DNA of 64,000 nt from positions 128,001-192,000 of the forward strand of contig CAVVHS010000002.1 of the NCBI GenBank assembly GCA_963748215.1, given 5' to 3'. The notes beneath the pieces were generated by a model that was not told the origin of the DNA, searched no databases, and saw only the letters and a program-made list of their open reading frames with translations. Below are positions 9,440 to 20,644 of the stretch, one piece after another. The position numbers and the translations under genes are program-made. Position 1 is the stretch's first letter. Every line of letters starts with the position of its first letter. The stretch is from an uncultured Gammaproteobacteria bacterium. Lineage in GTDB: Bacteria > Pseudomonadota > Gammaproteobacteria > UBA9214.

Positions 9440-11278
9440 ATGTTTGAGCCGCGCCCGAAAGAACAGCCCTATGCCTTCGTGCCGCAGGCCGCGCACCCGG
9501 AGACGAATTGCTATGGCACGCCGATCGAGACCGTGCCGGAAGGTCATGATCTGCGCGGGCAGTCGCTCAACATCAACGGCGATGACAGCGTGCCGGACAA
9601 CCCGGACCGCTACAAGCAGCACGGCTTCTATTTCAATGCCGACAACTGCATCTCCTGCCATGCCTGCGAGGCGGCCTGCTCGGAGAAGAACGACTTGCCC
9701 GCGCACATTGCATTCCGCTCGGTCGGCTACGTGGAGGGTGGCAACTATCCTGCGTACCAGCGACTCAACATCTCCATGGCATGCAATCACTGCGACGACC
9801 CGGTGTGCCTGAAGGGCTGCCCGACGCGCGCCTACACCAAGTTTGCCGAGTACGGCGCAGTGCTGCAGGACCCGGACATCTGTTTCGGCTGCGGCTACTG
9901 CACCTGGGTATGTCCCTACAACGCGCCGCAGCTGGACACCCGGGCCGGCCATGTCTCCAAGTGCAACATGTGCGTGGACCGGCTCGAGGTCGGCCTGAAA
10001 CCGGCCTGTGCAGCGGCCTGTCTCGCCGGCGCGCTGGATTTCGGCATCATGGAAACGAAACCGGAACACCGCGACCAGCTGGAGACCAGCATCCCCGGTT
10101 TTCCGTCACCGGGCATCACGCATCCGAATATCCGCTTCCAGCAGACGCGCAGCCTGCCGCGCGCGATGACGCGCCCGGACAGCATGCCGATTCGCTATGA
10201 GCGCAGTGGCAAGCAGGGCGAGTCCTACCTGCCGCAGGTGGATGAAACCCGGCGTACACGCGCCTGGAACCTGAAAAATCTCGGCACACGCGAAAATCCG
10301 CTTGTCGTCTTCACCCTCGTGTCACAGGCGGTGATCGGCGCCTTCATCGTGCTGTTTCTCGGCCCGCGGTTTGGCCTGCAGACGCTCTCGATGCAGGACC
10401 ACCCGGTGGCCATGCCACTCATACTGTTCGGCCTGATCGGCATGCAGACCCTGGCACTGGTGCTGTCCACCCTGCACCTGGGCCGTCCGCACCGTTTCTA
10501 TCGCGCCTTCAACAACCTGCGTTACTCTCCGGTGAGCCGTGAGGTGGCGGGGATCGCGGTGTTCTATAACTTCCTCGGCGCCTATACCCTGCTGAGCGCC
10601 CTGCCCATGCTGTTCGGCTGGCTGCCGGACGGGTTGCTGGCCGCGCTGGTGCAAGTCAGCGGCTGGGGCGCGGTGCTTTCCGGCCTTGCAGCACTGTATT
10701 TCATGCACCGGATCTACCGCATCGCGGCACGTCCATTCTGGAATCACTGGCAGGTGCTGACCTCGTTCTACGGCAGCATGCTGACGCTTGGTTCGATGCT
10801 GATCGTGGCGGTGTATGCCGGCGTTCAGCACTACAACGGCCTGGCCTGGCAGGAGACAGCGGCACGGCTGGCTATCGTCATGCTGGCCGGGCTGGCGCTG
10901 GAGGCCATCGGCCTGTTTTACCATGCGCGTGACCTGCGTGCAGGCAGCGGCGAGGGCCAGGCCTCGCATTTCGAGCAGACTACCCGCTTCGGGTACACCT
11001 ACCTCGCGCGTAACAGTGGCATCGGTCTCGCCATGGCGCTGTTGCTGGCACTGGCGGTGACGGCCCCGGGTGGCGTACCTGGCCTGCTGGCCTGGCTGAT
11101 CACGACCGCCATCATCGCCGCGACGGCTGTCGTCGGCCGTACCCTGTTCTACGCGCTGGTCATTCCCACCACCATGCCGGGTGCGTTTTTCTGGCGCAAC
11201 AAGGGGTTCGAACAGCATGCCCGTGAAACCGGTCTGGCTGAATTGCCGCAGGTCGGCGTGCTGCCGGACTGCCATTGA
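9440..11278 (+). CDS. Fused DmsB/NrfC-like 4x[4Fe-4S] domain and DmsC-like membrane anchor
   Basis: Cys motifs CISCHACEAAC, CNHCDDPVCLKGCP, CFGCGYCTWVCP and KCNMC..PACAAAC. About 8 TM helices follow, with STLHLGRP..SPVSRE (DmsC/NrfD motif). Confidence 0.88.
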   Translation: MFEPRPKEQPYAFVPQAAHPETNCYGTPIETVPEGHDLRGQSLNINGDDSVPDNPDRYKQHGFYFNADNCISCHACEAACSEKNDLPAHIAFRSVGYVEGGNYPAYQRLNISMACNHCDDPVCLKGCPTRAYTKFAEYGAVLQDPDICFGCGYCTWVCPYNAPQLDTRAGHVSKCNMCVDRLEVGLKPACAAACLAGALDFGIMETKPEHRDQLETSIPGFPSPGITHPNIRFQQTRSLPRAMTRPDSMPIRYERSGKQGESYLPQVDETRRTRAWNLKNLGTRENPLVVFTLVSQAVIGAFIVLFLGPRFGLQTLSMQDHPVAMPLILFGLIGMQTLALVLSTLHLGRPHRFYRAFNNLRYSPVSREVAGIAVFYNFLGAYTLLSALPMLFGWLPDGLLAALVQVSGWGAVLSGLAALYFMHRIYRIAARPFWNHWQVLTSFYGSMLTLGSMLIVAVYAGVQHYNGLAWQETAARLAIVMLAGLALEAIGLFYHARDLRAGSGEGQASHFEQTTRFGYTYLARNSGIGLAMALLLALAVTAPGGVPGLLAWLITTAIIAATAVVGRTLFYALVIPTTMPGAFFWRNKGFEQHARETGLAELPQVGVLPDCH

Positions 11279-11432
11279 ATATGACCGGCTCGAAATACCT
11301 GGATAATCTGGTCACGGCCCATGTGCGACCCTGCAGGTACGTCCTATTGTAGTCAGGAGCGGGTGCTGTCCGCGAACGGTTGCGGCCACATTTGTTCGCG
11401 CATGCCTGCGCTCCTGCAGCTATATTAATCGC

Positions 11433-11801
11433 ATGCACGCAACCACCCCTAAACGCCTCGCCGATATCCGCGACGATTTTGAGCGCGGTGTGTTTCTTGC
11501 GCTGTACAACTCACGCCGGCAACGGCTGCTCCGTGCCATAGCAGCGCTGATCCTCGGCATCAAGCACACCCTGCGCGGCATCCTGTTCAGCTGGCCACTG
11601 TACCTGTTGCCGCTGGCCGCATGGATATTGCAGGCGCGTTACCTGCCACTGATCGTGGTGCTGTTGCTGCCCGGCGTAGTGATTTCCGGATTCATTCTCC
11701 GGCGCGGCGTGCGTGAGGACTACGCGCGACTGGTGGATGGCTGCATACTACGACCGGGTTACCCCGGCCGCATACTCTTTCCGGGTAATTTCAGTACATG
11801 A
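11433..11801 (+). CDS. Hypothetical membrane protein (about 2 TM)
   Basis: 122-aa ORF with a hydrophobic hairpin, overlapping the mobB start (ATGA). Confidence 0.55.
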   Translation: MHATTPKRLADIRDDFERGVFLALYNSRRQRLLRAIAALILGIKHTLRGILFSWPLYLLPLAAWILQARYLPLIVVLLLPGVVISGFILRRGVREDYARLVDGCILRPGYPGRILFPGNFST

Positions 11802-11955
11802 AAAATAACCTGCCGGTACTGGGTTTTGCCGCATTCAGTGGAACGGGCAAGACCACCCTGCTGAAACAACTGATCCCGCTACTCGCGCAGCGGGGCATAC
11901 GTGTCGGCGTCATCAAGCATGCACACCACAATTTCGACATCGACACGCCCGGCGA
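11798..11955 (+). pseudogene. mobB: Truncated mobB (N-terminal ~52 codons)
   Basis: LGFAAFSGTGKTTLL..VGVIKHAHHNFDIDTPG is the MobB N-terminus. Similarity ends abruptly after it. Confidence 0.8.
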
Positions 11956-11994
11956 CGCGCGGGCACGCAGTGAAAAGGCGCCAATGGCGCCGGT

Positions 11995-12138
11995 CATCTT
12001 CAGCCGGCGAATGACACTGGCCTCACCCGGGCCGGGTGAGGCCAGCACACCGATATCCGCCGTCGTCAGTCGTTTCCCGGCCAACAGCACCTGCTGGCCA
12101 GTGGTGACATCCTCACCGGCTGCACGCGCGTTCTGCCG
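11995..12138 (-). pseudogene. moeA: Internal moeA fragment, inverted relative to mobB
   Basis: RQNARAAGEDVTTGQQVLLAGKRLTTADIGVLAS..VIRRLK matches the MoeA region preceding the STGDE motif. Confidence 0.7.
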
Positions 12139-12186
12139 TCATCGATGACCGCTGCCAATGTAAAGGGTCAGATACCGAGTAGGCTC

Positions 12187-13596
<1,410 letters not shown>

Positions 13597-13712
13597 TCAT
13601 TCACGCAGTGACACCGGCCGGATGATTCCGTATATCACAAATTGCCGACAGCGCAATTAAAATACGTCAATATAGACCAACAAAACGTGACGCCCACAGG
13701 AGTTTCAACATC

Positions 13713-14012
13713 ATGGATATGGTCAATCAGATCGGGTCGCTGGCCGGCATGCTGACGACCATAGCCTTCATTCCCCAGGTCGTCAGAACCTGGAAAACCG
13801 GCTCGGCGCAGGATATTTCCCTGCTCACATACCTGTTTTTCACCTGCGGCGTGCTGCTGTGGCTGGTCTACGGGTTCATGTTGCACGCACTGCCGGTCAT
13901 TGCCGCCAACGGCGTCACCCTGACCCTGTCGACATCCATCCTCGGCCTGAAGATCAGGGACATGCTGGCCCGGCAGCGGCGGCTGCGGGCCGCAGATCAG
14001 CGCACGTTGTAA
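13713..14012 (+). CDS. SemiSWEET / PQ-loop transporter
   Basis: LTTIAFIPQV..W..YG..P..AN motifs, 3 TM helices. Confidence 0.85.
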   Translation: MDMVNQIGSLAGMLTTIAFIPQVVRTWKTGSAQDISLLTYLFFTCGVLLWLVYGFMLHALPVIAANGVTLTLSTSILGLKIRDMLARQRRLRAADQRTL

Positions 14013-14121
14013 TGGCGCTGACCTGCCGGACTGCCACCCTGGCAACAATTCTGGTGTAGATTACCCGCCTGGCTTGGCTGACTTTGGAGACATCGCCGTG
14101 TACCCGATCCAACGCCTGGAA

Positions 14122-15183
14122 ATGATGGCAGCCATCACCCTGCTGTCCCTGCTGGTCATCGGCACCGTACTGGTTCTGAGACCGTTCATCATTTCGCTGA
14201 TCCTGGCCGCGGTGCTGGCCTACGCCTCTTGGCCGGTCTATGAATGGCTGCTGGCCCGGCTGCGCAACCGTCCCGGTGCGGCGGCACTGGTCATGACCCT
14301 GCTGTTGCTGCTGACGCTGGTCACCCCGTTCGCGGTGATGGGCGTCAGCCTGGCGGACAATGCAGTGGAACTGCTGCGTCTGCTGCGCGAGGCGCTGAAC
14401 CGGCCGCTGCCGGCGCCCCCGGACTGGCTGCAGAATGTGCCGCTGGCCGGCGGCTACCTGCACGGCAAGTGGCTGGCGATGATGCAACACGAGGAAGGCA
14501 CGCTCCTGCTTCAGTTCCGCGAGCAACTGCAACAACTGCCATTGCGCAGCTGGGCCATCGATGCCGGCACCGCGCTGGTGAATGGCGTGGTACTGATCAG
14601 TTTCAGCGTACTGATCTGTTTCTTCTTCTACCGCGACGGTCCCGCCATCACCACGCGCATGCAGGCCGTCATGGAACGCCTGACCGGGCACCGTGCGCGC
14701 AACCTGATCGAGGTTACCGCCGGTACCGTGTCGCGGGTGGTCAACGGCATACTGGGCACCTCGCTGGCACAATCGGTGCTCGCACTGATCGGGTTCTGGA
14801 TCGCCGGCGTACCCGGCGCCATGCTGCTCGGCCTGCTTACCTTCTTCCTGTCCATACTGCCGATGGGGCCGCCGCTGGTGTGGATTCCCGCCACGGCGTG
14901 GCTGTACTTTCAGGGAGACGTCGGCATGGCCATCTTCCTCGGCACGTGGGGCCTGCTGCTGATCAGCAGCATAGACAATTTCGTCAAGCCGTTCCTCATC
15001 AGCCGCGGCGGTTCGCTGCCGCTGCTGCTGGTATTCATGGGCGTGCTCGGAGGGTTACTCGCATTCGGATTCATCGGCGTATTCCTGGGCCCGGTGATAC
15101 TCGCCGTGGCCTACGCGTTGCTGACCGAGTGGATCAACCCGACGCAGAACGCCGCCACGCAAAACGAAATGACTGACAGCTGA
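14122..15183 (+). CDS. AI-2E family transporter (start uncertain)
   Basis: Multi-TM protein with IDNFVKPFLI and GFIGVFLGPV motifs. Confidence 0.85.
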   Translation: MMAAITLLSLLVIGTVLVLRPFIISLILAAVLAYASWPVYEWLLARLRNRPGAAALVMTLLLLLTLVTPFAVMGVSLADNAVELLRLLREALNRPLPAPPDWLQNVPLAGGYLHGKWLAMMQHEEGTLLLQFREQLQQLPLRSWAIDAGTALVNGVVLISFSVLICFFFYRDGPAITTRMQAVMERLTGHRARNLIEVTAGTVSRVVNGILGTSLAQSVLALIGFWIAGVPGAMLLGLLTFFLSILPMGPPLVWIPATAWLYFQGDVGMAIFLGTWGLLLISSIDNFVKPFLISRGGSLPLLLVFMGVLGGLLAFGFIGVFLGPVILAVAYALLTEWINPTQNAATQNEMTDS

Positions 15184-15231
15184 CAGCGCATCGCGTACGC
15201 GACACCCGGACATGATGCCGGGAGGATGTTG

Positions 15232-15570
15232 CTAGTTTGCCTGGTGGCAACGGCTGCAGCGTTTCGCGGGACCGCCGGGCCTGCCTGCCTTTTTCAGGTC
15301 CAGATGACAACCGAGACAATGGTCATGAAATGCATCAGGGCTGTTGCGCGGCATGCGTGAACCCGCCATATGGCAGGAACGACAGGCGCGTTTGATGCGA
15401 ATGCCGGGCGATGTGTGGTGACACGTTACGCACTCGATGTCCTCATGCCTGTGATGCGAAAACCGAACGTTACCCGGTGCGGACTCGATCAACACCGTAT
15501 CGGGCGGCACTGCCGGCACACCGGCCGCGCAACACACCAGACAGGCCAGCAGCAATATCCGCGCATTCAT
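15232..15570 (-). CDS. Periplasmic tetraheme class III (c3-like) cytochrome
   Basis: Signal peptide, FSHHRH, four CxxCH motifs (CVTCH, CRSCH, CLGCH, CSRCH) and AFH motif. Confidence 0.8.
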   Translation of the reverse strand: MNARILLLACLVCCAAGVPAVPPDTVLIESAPGNVRFSHHRHEDIECVTCHHTSPGIRIKRACRSCHMAGSRMPRNSPDAFHDHCLGCHLDLKKAGRPGGPAKRCSRCHQAN

Positions 15571-15666
15571 GAATTCTGAAACCATGCGAACAGCAGCGAC
15601 AGGACTGTCAGCAGCATTCCGATCGCAAGTGCCAGGATTCGTGCCAGCCAGATACGCATACTGTTA

Positions 15667-17005
15667 TTACGCCATGTCGAAAAGTTCGGTGTGGATGTGC
15701 CGCAGGGGCACGTTCATGACAGCAAGACTGCGTTCGACGCTGTCGGTCATCGGTTTCGGCCCGCACAGGAAATATTCCAGTTCGCGACAGTTGTCGGGCA
15801 GGTGGCGCTGCAGCATGTCACGGGTGAGGTAGCCACGCTCTCCGGTCCAGTCCGGCGGCGGTTCCCTGAGCATGATAACCAGGTTCATCTTGCAGGCGTT
15901 TCTGTAACGCCAGCAATTCCTCCCGGGCCGTCAAGCGCTCCAGGCTCCGGTAGGCATAGAACAGCCATACCGGCCGTCGGTCACCTCGGTCCGCCAGCGT
16001 CCGCAACATGCTCAGAATCGGTGCGATGCCGACCCCGCCCGCCACGAACACGTGACCCGGCGCATGCGGATAGCGGTCGCATGAGAATGCACCGAACGGC
16101 CCGTCCAGATAGACACACTCGCCCGGCACGGCCGTGTCGATACGCGATGTGAAATCACCCAGCCGCTTGATGGTGAATTTCAGTCGCTGCGGTTGCAGCG
16201 CACTGGAGGCAACGGAAAATGGATGCTCGCGCATGGCCAGCGGCAAATGCCAGAGATTCAGCCAGACGAACTGGCCCGGCATGAACGTCAGTCCGGAATG
16301 CCCTTCCGGCGCCACCGTCAGTGTCCAGGCATCGCCGCGCTCCGCCTTGACGTCCACCACGCGGTATCGGCGGCGCATGATGAGCAGCGGTCTGACCAGG
16401 CGCACGTACAGCAGCAGGAGGAAAACACCGACTGACATGGTCAGCCACAATTCGCGCTTGAAAGGCGCCTCGACGTAGTAGTTGACGCCGGCAACGTGGA
16501 CCATGGCCAGGCCGACAGCAAGTACGGCCAGCACGGCATGCAGGAAGCGCCACAGGTCATAGTGCAGATGCAGCGCCTTGCGCCACAGCGAGGTCACCAT
16601 CAGTAACATCATCGCGATCAGCGCCACGTTGCCGGCCAGCATGTGCCAGGGCGCATCGGGCTTGAGATATTCGATCAGCAGCGGCTCCACGCCGACCAGG
16701 ATGAGCGGATGGGCCAGCAGCAGTACAAATGCGACCAGCGCGATCCAGCGATGAAAGTAGTAAATGATATCGATGCCGAAGGCATGCGTGAACCATTTGA
16801 TACGCGCGGTCAGCAGAAACATGGTGAACATGATCGCCAGTGCCGAAAAACCGAGCGCAACCGCGAAATCCCAGTTGAATGTCGTGCCTGGCGGCACTTC
16901 GCCGACCAGCAGAATGCCCGGCGGCAACAGGACCAGCAGTAGGTACAGGCTGATCCACAGCAGACCGCGCAGCGTGTAACCGGGCCTGGCTACCACGCCA
17001 CTCAC
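15667..17005 (-). CDS. Ferric-reductase-like TM domain plus FNR-type FAD/NAD domain; apparent +1 frameshift near 15890
   Basis: TM His motifs (FHRW, LHAV), PGQF, EHPFS and GGVGIAP. The C-terminus (FLCGPKPM..ELF) continues in the frame of ORF 15667-15888. Confidence 0.8.
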
Positions 17006-17124
17006 GCAGAATCAGCTTCGACCGGGAACCCGGGATGACAGTGCCGCATCACGACATCATACACCTGCCGCCGGGCAGGTGCGTTCGCCCGGCAAGCGCT
17101 GCTTATGCAGCGGATGCGTCGCAG

Positions 17125-17610
17125 TCAACCGTACACGTCGTCACGATGATTGATGAAATCGAGGTAATCGATGTAATGGCTGCCGTCGCAGGAAAAGACC
17201 AGCCCTACCATGCCGTTGATGATATTCAGTGAACCCGAGCGCAGGTAGATGGCATCGTCCTTGTGACGCAGGACACGGATGATGTCCAGCACCACGCGGA
17301 TCCTGTCCGGCGGCACGCTGGCGTTAAGCGGGTACAGGGTATGCAGAAAACCCTTGTGAAAACCCGGCGCGAGAAATTCCTCCTTGATATACACCTGGTA
17401 ATTATACGGGTCGGTCATCGACCACAGTGTCACCTGGCCGCTGGAGAAGTGAATCTTGGCGTGGAAGATACCGCGTTCGCGCAACAGCACTTCCACGGTA
17501 TCGATGACGGCATCGAGCTGATCGTCGAATTCGTTGTTGACCCGGGACTGGCTGAACAGGAACTGCCGAATCGACGGATCGCCTCTAATCTGTAGCCAGC
17601 GTTTCAGCAT
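17125..17610 (-). CDS. Hypothetical protein
   Basis: 161-aa ORF with GGAGGGG RBS and protein-like composition. Confidence 0.65.
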   Translation of the reverse strand: MLKRWLQIRGDPSIRQFLFSQSRVNNEFDDQLDAVIDTVEVLLRERGIFHAKIHFSSGQVTLWSMTDPYNYQVYIKEEFLAPGFHKGFLHTLYPLNASVPPDRIRVVLDIIRVLRHKDDAIYLRSGSLNIINGMVGLVFSCDGSHYIDYLDFINHRDDVYG

Positions 17611-17772
17611 GCACCCCTCCCTGCTGCAGGTAACCTATGGGTTATTTGCAAGAATTGAGCCAGGCATAACACAACTGGTTTTACAGGGATTTTCCCGGAA
17701 ACCCGGCGATTTTCTGCACACATCGGGGGCGGGGCGCACTGACTGTGTGCGTCTCAGGCGCCTACTGCCGCA

Positions 17773-19221
17773 CTAGCTGTCCGTGGTTCGACTCCTGACC
17801 TTGCCGATGTGGATGGCGCGGTTGTCGACGGCAAGCGCCGCCTCGTGCAGTGCTTCGGACAGGGTCGGATGGGCAAACACCGTGCGCGCGATATCCTCGC
17901 TGCTGGCATCGAACTCCATGGCGATCACGGCCTGGCCGATCAGCTCGGAGGCCTGCGCACCCAGGATATGCACACCCAGCACGCGATCACTGGCCGCATC
18001 GCTCAGCACCTTCACCATACCATCGGTGGACTGTATGGCCCGCGCACGCCCGCTCGCGGCAAACGGAAAGATACCGCTGCGAAATGCAACACCGGCATGC
18101 CGTAGCGCTTCCTCGGTCTGGCCCACCCAGGCGATTTCCGGGTGGGTATAGATCACCGAAGGAATCGTGGCGTAATTCACCTCGCTGTGCTGCCCGGCAA
18201 TACGTTCCGCCACGGCAACACCTTCTTCCGAACCCTTGTGCGCCAGCATGGGTCCGCGCACGGCATCACCGACCGCGTAAACACCGGGCAGATTGGTCTC
18301 ACAGTTGTCATCCACGTGGATAAAACCGCGCTCGTCGAGCAACAGGTCGGCTGCAGGCGTCGCCAGCTCCTCGGTACACGGACGCCTGCCCACCGCCACG
18401 ATCAGGCGATCGACGTCGAGCAGGTGCGCACCCGTACCGTCCTGGTACTGAATCTCGATGCCGCTGCCGGTCACCTGTGTCGCCTTGACCAGCGCCCCCA
18501 GGCGGATATCCAGGCCCTGCCTGCCATAGAGTTTCAGCGCGGCAGACGCGATCTGCCGGTCGGCCATGGCGAGGAACAGGTCCTGCGCCTCGAGCAGCGT
18601 CACTTCGGCACCGAGACGGCGCCAGACGCTGCCGAGTTCCAGGCCAATGACGCCGGCACCGATAATGCCGAGCCGTCGCGGCACGGTGTCCCAGTCCAGC
18701 GCACCCGCGGAATCGACGATGGTCTTGCCCTGCAGAGGTGCCGCATCCAGCGTCGTCGGTCGCGAGCCGGTGGCCAGGATCACGTACCGGCCGCTCAAGG
18801 TCTGCTGCTCGCCGGCGTGCAAGGCGATGCTGACCTGACACCCGGGCAACAGCTGGCCACGGCCGGGAATCCAGGTGATTTGGCTGGCCTTGAACAATGC
18901 AGCGATGCCACCGGTCAGGTCCCGCACGATCGTGTTCTTCTTGGCGATCATGGCCGGCACCTCGAGTGTCAGTCCGTTCACGCCGATGCCGTGCCGGGGG
19001 GCATGATGCAGCATGCTGTCATACAGCTCGGAACTTTCCAGCAGGGCCTTGGACGGGATACAGCCGGCATTCAGGCAGGTACCACCCAGCACGGGCTTGC
19101 CATCCGGGTCCAGCCAGTCGTCGACACAGGCGGTATGCAGGCCGAGCTGGGCACAGCGCAACGCGGCGACGTAGCCGGCAGGTCCGGCACCGATCACGAT
19201 GACATCGTAACTATCACTCAT
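17773..19221 (-). CDS. lpdA: Dihydrolipoamide dehydrogenase (E3)
   Basis: GAGPAG, GGTCLNAGCIPSK and HPTLSE motifs, in the sucAB operon. Confidence 0.95.
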   Translation of the reverse strand: MSDSYDVIVIGAGPAGYVAALRCAQLGLHTACVDDWLDPDGKPVLGGTCLNAGCIPSKALLESSELYDSMLHHAPRHGIGVNGLTLEVPAMIAKKNTIVRDLTGGIAALFKASQITWIPGRGQLLPGCQVSIALHAGEQQTLSGRYVILATGSRPTTLDAAPLQGKTIVDSAGALDWDTVPRRLGIIGAGVIGLELGSVWRRLGAEVTLLEAQDLFLAMADRQIASAALKLYGRQGLDIRLGALVKATQVTGSGIEIQYQDGTGAHLLDVDRLIVAVGRRPCTEELATPAADLLLDERGFIHVDDNCETNLPGVYAVGDAVRGPMLAHKGSEEGVAVAERIAGQHSEVNYATIPSVIYTHPEIAWVGQTEEALRHAGVAFRSGIFPFAASGRARAIQSTDGMVKVLSDAASDRVLGVHILGAQASELIGQAVIAMEFDASSEDIARTVFAHPTLSEALHEAALAVDNRAIHIGKVRSRTTDS

Positions 19222-19313
19222 ATCAGGCCGCCGTTCATGTCACACCAACCTTCGCAGAGCATGCCTGCCTCCGTGGCGATTTCTTCCCGAGTATAGAACA
19301 CTGCTACAGGCCG

Positions 19314-20582
19314 CTAGATATCCAGCAGCATGGCTGCCGGGTCTTCCAGCAACTCGACAATGGTCTTGAGGAAGGTGACGGCACTCTTGCCGTCGACCAG
19401 GCGGTGATCGTAGGTCAGTGCCAGGTACATGACCGGTCGCACCACCACCTCGCCGTTCACCGCCACCGGCCGATCCTGGATCCGGTGCATACCCAGGATC
19501 GCGCTTTGCGGCGGATTCAGGATCGGCGTGGACAGCATGGAGCCGAACACGCCGCCATTGGTGATCGTGAAAGTACCGCCGCTTATGTCCTCGATCGCCA
19601 GCTTGCCCTCGCGCGCGCGCGTGGAAAAGGCCAGGATTTCGGACTCGATTTCCGCAAGGCTCATGTACTCGGCGTTGCGCAGGATCGGGACTACCAGGCC
19701 GCGGTCGGTGCTGATGGCCACGCCGATATCGCAAAAGCCGTGGTAGACGATATCGTCACCGTCAATGGACGCATTGATGTCCGGGTGACGCTTGAGCGCC
19801 TCGGCCGCAGCGCGCACGAAGAACGACATGTAACCCAGTCGTACACCATGCACCTTTTCAAAGGCATCGCGATGCCGGTCGCGCAGGGTCCTGACCGGCT
19901 CCATGTTGACCTCGTTGAAGGTCGTCAGCATGGCCGTGGTCTGCGCGGCCTGCAGCAGGCGCTCAGCAATACGTGCCCGCAGGCGTGACATCGGCACACG
20001 TTTTTGCGGGCGGTCTTCCTCGATCAGCGGCAGGTCAGGGGTACCGGGTTGCTCCCTGGCAACGGGTTGCTCCCCGGTAACGGGTTGCTCCCTGGTAACC
20101 GGTGCGTTGGCCGGCGCCTGCTTTTCGATATGCACCAGCACGTCGCCCTTGGTGATGCGGCCGCCCTTGCCCGTGCCGTAGATATGCCGGGGATCCAGAT
20201 CATGATCGGCGACCAGCTTGCGTACCGACGGACTGAGCGCGGCATCTGCCTGCACCGGCCCGGAATTATTGGCCTGTGCCGCGGCGGCGCCTTTCGGTCC
20301 AGGTGCGGGCGTCGCGGCAACACCGGCCGCGGACTGGCCGGCACCATCGGGCCTGATGACGGCGATCAGCTGGTCGGCCACGACCGTGGCGCCATCCTCG
20401 ATGAGGATGCTCTCCAGCACACCGTCTTCGGGTGCCGGCACCTCGAGTACAACCTTGTCGGTTTCGATATCGACCAGCGCCTCGTCACGCCGGATGGTAT
20501 CGCCGGCCTGCTTGTGCCAGCAGGCGACCACGCCGTCGCTGACTGATTCCGGGAGGGCGGGCACCCTGACTTCAGTCGCCAT
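19314..20582 (-). CDS. sucB: 2-oxoglutarate dehydrogenase E2
   Basis: Lipoyl motif ETDKV, E3-binding [10 protein letters not shown] and catalytic DHRLVDG. Confidence 0.96.
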   Translation of the reverse strand: MATEVRVPALPESVSDGVVACWHKQAGDTIRRDEALVDIETDKVVLEVPAPEDGVLESILIEDGATVVADQLIAVIRPDGAGQSAAGVAATPAPGPKGAAAAQANNSGPVQADAALSPSVRKLVADHDLDPRHIYGTGKGGRITKGDVLVHIEKQAPANAPVTREQPVTGEQPVAREQPGTPDLPLIEEDRPQKRVPMSRLRARIAERLLQAAQTTAMLTTFNEVNMEPVRTLRDRHRDAFEKVHGVRLGYMSFFVRAAAEALKRHPDINASIDGDDIVYHGFCDIGVAISTDRGLVVPILRNAEYMSLAEIESEILAFSTRAREGKLAIEDISGGTFTITNGGVFGSMLSTPILNPPQSAILGMHRIQDRPVAVNGEVVVRPVMYLALTYDHRLVDGKSAVTFLKTIVELLEDPAAMLLDI

Positions 20583-20644
20583 GTCGCATCGGTTCCTGTT
20601 GTTGGTGGTTGCGTGTCATCGCAGGCGGCAAACAGGCATGATCT

